NCBI GenBank assembly: GCA_951406725.2
Contig: OX597820.1
Location: 24,304,001 to 24,368,000 of the forward strand
DNA length: 64,000 nucleotides
Direction: 5' to 3'
Source: Octopus vulgaris
Lineage: Eukaryota
Below, one piece after another: positions 54,700 to 64,000 of this stretch (the first letter of the stretch is position 1; every line of letters starts with the position of its first letter). The position numbers and the translations under genes are program-made. A model generated the notes under the pieces. That model was given only the letters and a program-made list of their open reading frames with translations. It ran no database searches and was not told the origin of the DNA.

Positions 54700-56200
54700 A
54701 AAACCTGTTCCAGAAAAAGGATTTTAACGATGTATATCCTTCATTTGAGAAGCATTTATAAAAGTCAATAATTTTTTTTTCCTTTCATGTACCTATCTTT
54801 ACATTTATCATTTGATTGCAGATAGATAACTTCCACTTGAATATCTGATAGAAGTGTCTTAACAATGGAGACAAATGGGTTTTGAAAGATTCTTGATGCT
54901 TTAGATTTTCATTGATATCTGAAAAACGTATCTTCAGACTAGTGAGAATGTCGTAAGTAAATTCGAAAAACTAACAAAATAATAAAAAAATAACCGGAAA
55001 ACCTCGGAAACTACGCAACAAAAAACATGGAGGCGTATTTGTTTGTTTTATTTTTCGCTGTAGGGAAAGGGATAATTTATCATAGGCGAGTGAATAAAGT
55101 GAATTTATATCTAAAAGCTTTCACTGAAGTATATATGTCGCATATAATCTCAGCGAACCCTCATAAGATAAGATTGAACTTATGGAAATGTGATTTTAAG
55201 TCAGTCACGAATGCTGATTCTATAGTAACCACTGATTTTTCATAATTAAAAACACAACCCTCAGTCGCCCTCAGAAGTTCAGAAGATCGTGAGATAACTT
55301 ACCACCACCGAATCCCCTTACAGTCGTGTGGTAGGCAAAACTATATTGTTCTTCCCCGGAGTGCATGCAATTTCAGAATATTCATTATTGACTGCCAACG
55401 TCTCTCCCATATGGCAGATTTAAATGTCCCTACCAGTAAAGAGCCAGTAAAACACATTATATATTGATTGTCCCACATCGAAACAAGTCTCGTTCAGCGA
55501 AATCTTTTCCTACACCCCATATATTTTTCACTATCAACTGTATTACATTTTGACTTTTTTTTAAAACGATAATGCTTATTCAGTATTTTCTCGAGTTATA
55601 AAATATCTTCCCCTGTTGATCTATGAATGTTGCTCGCTGAAGCTGGTTCTATCGTCACTTCAAAGTTAACATTAATTCCCCGGACGAACAGTAGGAAAAT
55701 CGAAATGTCACACACATCTGTTGATTTATGAAAAGCTAGTAAAATCACTGAAAATCCTGTACGCCATTGCTTTGCAGGCATTAGATGCTGTTTTCTATGT
55801 ATTTGATACTCCAAGTAGATCTTTTTGTATAAAGACAAATATTCGTGAATAAATCTATCTTTTTCTTATACTTCATTCTACAGCTGTTCTACAATTCTTT
55901 CTTAGTTAAGAAATAAACTAATCATTAACCTGCTTTTGTTACAATAACATTATTAGCATTTATCTTTAAGAAAATTATCCCCGTGATGAGATATTGTTTG
56001 AAGCTTTCATATTTCTCATGACGAAGCTTCTAGTGAGATGCTAATTATTAGATGAATGCTTCATCTAGAAATACCTATATATATGATACATTCCATGCCC
56101 TTTCAAGAATTTCATCGCATATTACCCACAATAACTTGTTTCTTTTTCTCAGTTACTAAATATCCCATACTTTAATGTTTTTTTTTTTATGCGACACGCC
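54700..56200 (-). mobile_element. Degenerate hAT transposase (GTF2IRD2/SPIN/Charlie-like) remnant
   Basis: LAFHKSTDVCDISIFLLFVRGINVNFEVTIE...TGEDI (cf. LALDESTD...LLIFIRGV...TGEDI), YHTTVRG (cf. YHTxVRW), FVTDLKSHFHKFNL. Boundaries approximate. Confidence 0.7.
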
Positions 56201-56490
56201 ATATCAAGTTTGCTTCTTTACTCTTCTGTGGTAATGATGCCCCCAACACTGACACACACACACACAAACACACACAAACACACACACACACTCACACACA
56301 CACAACACGCACACACACACAGACGTAGGCACACATACTTATAGATATAGGGCACGTGGTCTTACAATGATCTTACAAATTCAGTGAAATACAGGTTGAA
56401 GATGGATATTAAATATAACAATATTTGAAATCAAAACGTTAATAAAATTAAGCTATATGTATAAAATATTTTGTAGATAATTTAATATTC

Positions 56491-56775
56491 ATAGTTATCG
56501 CCAAGCTAACATGGCAGTCCAGAAAAATAGGACGAATACTGCCGTTGATTAGCTCCAAGAGGCCCTCGCCACTAGCTAACTATGTGACACACAAAACTGT
56601 GTCCGTTATAACCTTCGAACAGGGGAGGTCAGCAGCTTCCCCTTGCTGGTCTGGCATCCACAGACTAGTTTCGAGGTACTTGCCTCTTATCAATATGGAG
56701 TAGCCGAACCCAGCTAACCAACGGTAGCATTCGTCCTATTTTTCTGGACTGCAATGTGAGCTTGGCGATAACTAT
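56491..56775. repeat. Fold-back element: 64-nt inverted arms (5 mismatches) around a loop containing a hammerhead-like motif
   Basis: 56491-56554 versus 56712-56775. Confidence 0.9.
56657..56699 (-). ncRNA. Minimal hammerhead ribozyme relic (core mutated)
   Basis: tccata-TTGATAA-gagg caagta cctc-GAAA-ctag-TC-tgtgga. Confidence 0.6.
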
Positions 56776-57525
56776 TAATATCCAGTACCGCTGCCAGAGT
56801 CTCCTTTAGTGAGAATTAGAAATAATGATATTTCTATTAATATACATATTTTCATGTTTGTAAGTCAAATGTTGTGATCCTATGTTACTATAATTTATTT
56901 TACTTACTCACATGGTCTGGCAGAAAGGGATACGGCAATTTTGCATCTCGATCAACTTAAACGTGTTCAAACAACGAAAAGTTTGGGTAGAAAAATACGG
57001 TTTTCCTTAGTTTTATAGTATATAAAAACAAAATGGCTGCTACAGTACAAATAACTGATTGGTTATTAAAAAAAAACGGGGAACACCTGAAAATGTCACC
57101 TTTTAAAATGGCAACTTTTCCGAAAAAGTTAACCGAACATATTCAGCTTCCATAATGAAAAAGAAAGTGATGATGATGACGATGATGATGACGATAATGA
57201 TGATAATGGTGATGATGATGATGATGATAACATTAATAATAGTATTCCCTTTTACTATAGTCACAAAGTCCGTAATTTGGGCGGAGGGGCTAATCGATTA
57301 CTTTGCTGGTACTTATTTTATCGATCCCGAAAGGACGAAAGGCAGAGACAACTCGGTGGAATTTGAATTCAGAAAGTAAAATCGGAAGATATGCAGAATG
57401 TTGTCCGGTGAGCTAACGATTCTGCCAGTGTGTGCCGCTTTAACAAGGACGACGACAGCGATAACAATAATAACGACATCAGCAACAAAAACGGTAACGA
57501 TGACAACAACAACAACGATAATAAT

Positions 57526-57752
57526 ATGGGATCTATAAGCAAAGCTGTAGGCAATTGGTTGAAGGAGATTGGAAGGAGATGGGAAAAGAAAGCCCTGCAG
57601 AGATCCTAAATTTTGCTTCTTAGGGGCAGATTATCAGGAGAGTCTTAACCACTTGAAAGACTATTGAAAGATTAAGGAACCTAAGGTTACGCGGAGTAAC
57701 TTGCGACACGCAAATTCCATCAGGCAGGAATAACAACAAACCTGAGTCAGAT
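57526..57752 (+). mobile_element. R4/Dong-like non-LTR retrotransposon 3' end
   Basis: MGSISKAVGNWLKEIG...LQRS...(frameshift)IIRRVL resembles the C-terminus of restriction-like-endonuclease LINEs; followed by (AAT)n. Confidence 0.55.
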
Positions 57753-57753
57753 C

Positions 57754-57787
<34 letters not shown>

Positions 57788-57819
57788 TTGATAATAATAA
57801 TAATAATAATGATAAGGAT

Positions 57820-58030
57820 TCCAAATTTTGGCACAAGGCCAGAAATTTCGTGGGTGGGGTAAGTCGATTGATTACAATCCCCCAGTACTCAACTGATACT
57901 TATTTCGTCGACCCCGAAAGGATAATAGGCAAAATAGGCGTCGGCAGGATTTGAACACAGAACGTAAAGACGGACGATATCTCGCTAAGCACTTTGGCCG
58001 GCGTGCTAACGATCCTGCCAGCACGTCGCT

Positions 58031-58031
<1 letters not shown>
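57820..58031 (-). mobile_element. SINE family A copy (another at about 57250-57440)
   Basis: Family core on the minus strand. Confidence 0.85.
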
Positions 58032-58090
<59 letters not shown>

Positions 58091-58269
58091 TTACTATAAC
58101 AATTGTAAAAATAATTAAAATGATGAATAAAAACAAAATTATGCTAATAATGATGTCAATAACAACAATCATGGTAATAATACTACTAATAAACATAGAA
58201 TAATGATGAAGATGATAATAATAAGAAAAGCTAATAATGTTAATAATAGTAATGACAATAATAACGATA

Positions 58270-58304
<35 letters not shown>

Positions 58305-58866
58305 AAGAATAATAAAATTAATAATAAAAATGATAATAGTAATTATGATAATGATAATAAATAATATCAATAAAAATAAAACATTAATAACAATTTTCGT
58401 TAACCTATAATCAGATTAATGTAAGTATTTTATATCCTCATAAACACACACACACATACACACACACGCACAGAGAAATACAAGAATCGTGTGGAAAATG
58501 TTCAAAACCTACGAGAAAATATCATGCAAATAATATAAAGAATTCAAGTAATTCATTTTGTCAGAAATCATTGTCAAAGATTGAAATTGGATTGACAATT
58601 AAATTGGTGGAATTCAGATTAATATTCATTAAGTGATAATCTTTGAAAGTCAACTTATAGTGTACTCAAAAACATTTAATCAGACATATATACATACATG
58701 CATATATACCGCCTATAAACACTCATGCAAACATACAAATTAACATAAAAAATATATACATACATCCCAAAATAATATATATATATAATATGATATAATT
58801 ATATTCTATAATACATATATATGTGCATATATATATATATATATATATACATATGTATGTATACAT

Positions 58867-58905
<39 letters not shown>

Positions 58906-59152
58906 GTGGATGTAGAGAATGTTCGTATAATAAATATAATAAAATATATACACCATATATATAATATATTGTGTATATATATATACGTATATATATAAAT
59001 ATACACACACACACATATATATGTATGTATGCATATATATAAATATATATATATATGTGTGTGTATATATATATATATATGTATGTATATTGTATATATA
59101 TATATGCATACATACATATATATACATATATGTATATATATATATATATACA

Positions 59153-59203
<51 letters not shown>

Positions 59204-59454
59204 ATGTATGTGTGTGAGCGCATGTGTGTTGCATGATAAGGATTAGTGTTAAGGTTTCTGAGCAAAGTGAATAGCTGATTGAGATTAATTGCATTGTAAC
59301 ACGCAAAATCTTCCCGAAACATTTTCTCTTACCCATCAGCATACTTACACACATAGAACTATATACCATATCGTACAGATGCACATGCACACACAGTCAT
59401 ACCTGCATACACACACAGAAGCCACCGATTCTTGCATATATGCAAACATACATC

Positions 59455-59499
<45 letters not shown>

Positions 59500-59643
59500 A
59501 ACGTGGTCCCCACTCTCAAGCTGGTAAGATTTGATACAATATATTACCCTTCTGCCTGTTGCCCTAAGTACTCATGTACTGACGCGCAGACATAAATACT
59601 ATCATCTCCCGCTGGAACCCGATGGGTCATCGGGAAAACTTGA

Positions 59644-59680
<37 letters not shown>

Positions 59681-59829
59681 ACCAGCAGTCTGTTGGGATT
59701 CAGCTTTCCGTTGAGCAGACGAGAGCAACGTGAAGTAAATTACCTGGTTCAAGAACGCAACGCGTTACCGCCTCGTACACGACAGAACGCACGATTTCAC
59801 TACTTCACCCCCCATATATCTATATCTGT

Positions 59830-60237
59830 CTTTTACTTGTTTCAGTCATTTGACTGCGGCCATGTTTGGAGCACCCCCTTTAGTCGAGCAAATCGACTCC
59901 AGGACTTATTCTTTGTAAGCCCAGTACTTCGTATTCTATCGGTCTCTTTTGCCGAACCGCTATGTAACGGGGACGTAAACACACCAGCATCGGTTGTCAA
60001 GAGATGTTGGGGGACAAACGCAGACACACAAACATATACACACGCATACATATATATATATATACAAATATACGACGAGCTTCTTTCAGTTTCCGTCTAC
60101 GAAATCCATTCATAAGGCTTTGGTCGGCCCGAGGCTATAGTAGAAGACACTTGCCCAAGGTGCCATGCAGTGGGACTGAACCCGAAACCGTGTGGTTGGT
60201 AAGCAAGGTACTTACCACACAGCCATTCCTGCGCCTA
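59830..60237 (-). mobile_element. SINE family B, full length
   Basis: Homologous to other B copies. Confidence 0.92.
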
Positions 60238-60596
60238 TGAATACAAAAAACAAAACAAAAGAAAACAGGTAGACAAAAAAAATAAACAGGTATACCTAGA
60301 AATAGTACTTCATGCCTGAAACTCGCTCTAGCATTAATTATTGCGAGAAAGAAATTTAGTTGAAGTTATCTATATACTGTACAAAATGTTTTGAGTGTCC
60401 TCCTCATTCGTCGGAAATATGCAACGTTTTAATACACATAGGTACATGTAGCCTATAATCTTGTTACATTTAGAATATATTTTTTACGAAGTGTGAGAAA
60501 ACGACCAAAGTAGCATGGGGATCATCGGCAATTGCTTATACAATGTACAATCCCACCTAAGATTCATATAATTAATGTCTCAGAAATAATGCTCAC

Positions 60597-60604
60597 CTCA
60601 ACAC
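60597..60604 (-). other. Candidate 8-nt micro-exon
   Basis: ttttggtattttag|GTGTTGAG|gtgagc. Confidence 0.15.
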
Positions 60605-61688
60605 CTAAAATACCAAAATGTATCAACATACCAACTTTATAGGAAAATATTATCGGTATCGCTTGTATATAAATTACACTGTACTGATATGGCTTAAGTA
60701 TGTTAAAACTCTGTACATGACATAATTTATATTCAGATAAAGAATATATCCACCATTACTCTCCTATGCCATCTGGAAATTAAAAGGATCTCCTATACAG
60801 AAGAAAGTAAATCTATTGTTCAAAAAGCCATAATATGCTAGATGTAACATACCCGGAATAATATAGGCATCATGCAAAAATGTACCTGATCTTAATGGCA
60901 GCAGGTAATGTTAAAATAGAGAGACGAGACATTGTTCAGTTTTCTCAGAAGACGAAAAACACTTTCGTAAAGAATTCGGAATCCAAGCGAATTAAAATAG
61001 TTTTCTATCATAACATTTGCGATGTAGAGTAATCTTCTCTTTGCCCCCAGCAAAATTCGGTAGCGTAATTTCTGTTACAAGTAAAGTGAATATTGAGTCG
61101 TCCTTCTATGAAACATCAGCTTAAACTATTATCAGAATACATTAAGAAGTAGAGTTGATGGGAATCTGAAATACCGTGTAATGTTTTCCTTTACATTTCA
61201 ATTTGCCATTCATTTCTGAGGATCATGTGGTCGCTTGCTCCGCTAGAATTAGCAGCCAAATTTTTCCATCAATCAACATACGATCGTTTTTAAAAAATAG
61301 GAAGACACAGTGAGTAAATAACTTTTAGATAAACTCTTTGGATAAAAGCGAGAAAATCACGACTTTAATTCGTTTGATCACAGATCTGATAGGATATCTT
61401 TTATCTGAAACCTAAACAAGAAGACAAGCCATAACAAATTCAACATATCTTCTGGAATCTTACATATTTGTTAGTGCGTATGCATAAGTGTTGTTTTTAG
61501 TTTGGATGCAAAGGAAATCAATTGAATGGCTTTTGTAAATATATATATATATATATATATAGCATAATACGTTATACATGTATGTATATTCTTGTAATTG
61601 TCAGTTGATTAAATAAATAAATAAGTTGACATAATATAATGTCTAAAAGTTGATGAACTACCTATTGACCCCCTCCATTTTCTTATTG

Positions 61689-61786
<98 letters not shown>

Positions 61787-62166
61787 AAAATAAATTTAAA
61801 GAATTTTAAAGGTTATTGGAGAACTGGAATGGTAAGAGTGGCACTGCAAGGACGAAACTGTAAAGTTAATGTACAGAAAAGTGTAGAAGCCTATGATGGG
61901 AGATAGGAATGAAATGGGTGGTTGAAGGTATGAAAATAGGAAGAAAGATCCGCTGTCTACTAGAAGAGTAAATTTGTACTTATGTATATATACGCCTCCA
62001 AACTCATGCACCTACGCATCACCATATTTACATATATATTTTTACGTACAGAAACACACACACGCACACACACATTCACACATGCTCACAATATCTGTCT
62101 ATATACGCATTCTCTCTCTTTCATCCCATCTCTCTTACAAACACAAATATATGTCTACATACTCAC

Positions 62167-62226
62167 CTCCTTTGAGATCCCAATGCTGGATGAAAAAGGA
62201 TGAAGGCTACAAATGATGTTTTCAAT
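62167..62226 (-). other. Candidate 60-nt exon
   Basis: Strong acceptor gtattctctttag| and donor GAG|gtgagt; two open frames (IENIICSLHPFSSSIGISKE / LKTSFVAFILFHPALGSQR). Confidence 0.4.
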
Positions 62227-62349
62227 CTAAAGAGAATACATAAATTTGACGTGGTTACTTGATTAATTTTATTTGTACCACAATGAAAAGGTAATACGTA
62301 TATGATTTATGATATAAAGGAACCAGCTCAACAAAATAACCAAACAAGA

Positions 62350-62451
62350 ATCCTACATATGTTTCAATCAGGCGTTAGGTTTGACTCGTTAATATTCAAG
62401 CGATTATAAAATTAAAAAAAAAGCCACATTTAGTCGAATATCTTCAGGGAC
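62350..62451 (-). ncRNA. Hammerhead-ribozyme-like motif with intact core and long stem II insert
   Basis: gtcc-CTGAAGA-(75 nt)-GAAA-catatg-TA-ggat. Confidence 0.5.
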
Positions 62452-62660
62452 AGATGTGTATTTTCAGGTGGTGAACAACGAAATAATAAGGCGAGGGCCG
62501 TGTTTTCAAATAATCAAACGTAAACAATAATTTATTAGGACACATTATTGGACTGTATATACATATAAACTATGGAGTTTTGTTTCAATATATTTGATAA
62601 TATCAATTGATATCCGGATTGTTGTAATCCCTTACGAGGAAATTACAACCTCAATATTTG

Positions 62661-62733
<73 letters not shown>

Positions 62734-63099
62734 AAATGTTAGCGCTCAGCAGTGTTAAGGCGTAAGAATCATATTGGTTGGTTGAAATATGCTTGTGACA
62801 TATTTCAGCTGCTAAAAGGAAAATTCACTGCAGTTGCCGTGGACAAAAAATTATTTCTCTTAAGGTAAAAAGATGTGAAAACACACTGCTTTTTTTCCAG
62901 TGTCGCCAGCTATCAGGAATGCCAGACGTCGATGTTTCAAGTTTTTTGACTCTTGCCAATGGGATGTACCTAAGAAACGCAAATCTGAACAAGCTTATAA
63001 AGCAATAAGCATTATGTAAAATACAGTCAACGTTGTTGACAGATTTGCGCTCGTAGATCGCCCGATTGTGGAAAAGTAACGAAATGTTAGTGCCAAGCA

Positions 63100-63148
<49 letters not shown>

Positions 63149-63149
63149 T

Positions 63150-63415
63150 GAAGGCTCGTAAGGTCGTGAGCTTAATTCCCGGTGACGTATTGTGTCCTTG
63201 AGCAAGACACTTTATTTCCCATTGCTCCAGTCCACTCAGCTGGGCACATTCTGTGTCACGCTGAATCTCTCTAAGAACTACGTTAAGGGTACACGTGTGT
63301 GTGGAGTGCTCAGCCACTTGCGAGTTAAATCCGGTTACGACGACGAGGGTTCCAGTTGATCCGATCAACAGAAGAGCTTATATACCCCTCGTTGTCGTAA
63401 CGGACAGAGTTCCAG
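63150..63415 (+). mobile_element. Degenerate tRNA-derived SINE (related to the 31110 copy)
   Basis: gtgtccttgagcaagacacttta...gctccagtccactcagctgg shared with 31195-31250. Confidence 0.75.
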
Positions 63416-63492
<77 letters not shown>

Positions 63493-64000
63493 CATATACG
63501 AATATATCTAAGAAATGGTGAGATGCTGGAGATGCTGCTTCATGCGTCTGGGTGAGAAAGAACTTTGAGTAAAAATTGACCCTGTATGTATTTCCTTTGC
63601 CCCAAGTCTTTTTAGTAACCGAGCATTCAACCATTTTTTTTTTTTTTTTGGTGGGGGGTTATGATTTGGTCTTCCTCAGATCAGCTGGCGTGTATCTTGC
63701 TCCGAATAGGACTATTCCTCTTTCAAGTTGTACATTATCTCAAATTGTACAACTCTGATCTTACTGACAACCTCTACTCGCGTCTCTAACACCATCGTAT
63801 ACTGTATCACTTACAGTAATTGATTGGTAAATTCGGTCACGATTCTGTTTGCTTGTAAAAAGATCTCAACTTTTTTCTCTCTTCTTGAAGTAGGACAAGC
63901 ATAAGAAGAGTATCAATTCTCTTGTTTCACGTGTTATCTACTTGTTATTAGTTTGTTAATACAGAGAATGTGACTAGAAATGAATGGTAGATCGAGGTAT

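Noticed and set aside
62774-62815. Hairpin gttgaaatatg/catatttcagc as a pre-miRNA
   Set aside because: Stem only about 17 bp with several G-U pairs and a bulge; too short.

Overview
AT-rich eukaryotic DNA saturated with microsatellites ((TA)n, (CTAT)n, (TACA)n, (CA)n, trinucleotides). The SINE families resemble those I recall from Octopus genomes, so the taxon is an inference. No intact long protein-coding ORF is present: nearly all ORFs in the track are microsatellite translations, and the rest are decayed transposon fragments. The window looks like the intron-rich 5' part of a minus-strand gene. The best exon is 99-176 (LQLPRLQVGLHSLLLLLPFLFALILL, a signal peptide or membrane anchor), with several candidate alternative start exons, small exons and micro-exons upstream. 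Mobile elements include tRNA-derived SINEs of at least three families plus a recurrent tail repeat; RTE-, CR1- and R4/Dong-like LINE 3' ends; several Penelope-like remnants; Tc1/mariner elements (DD41D, maT-like, MITEs); hAT remnants; and a non-autonomous Helitron. The most striking unexplained structure is a set of hammerhead-ribozyme-like motifs associated with Penelope-like sequence and fold-back repeats, several with unusually long stem II inserts and one with an intact catalytic core (62350-62451, minus). All calls were made by eye, without database searches, and repeat boundaries are approximate.
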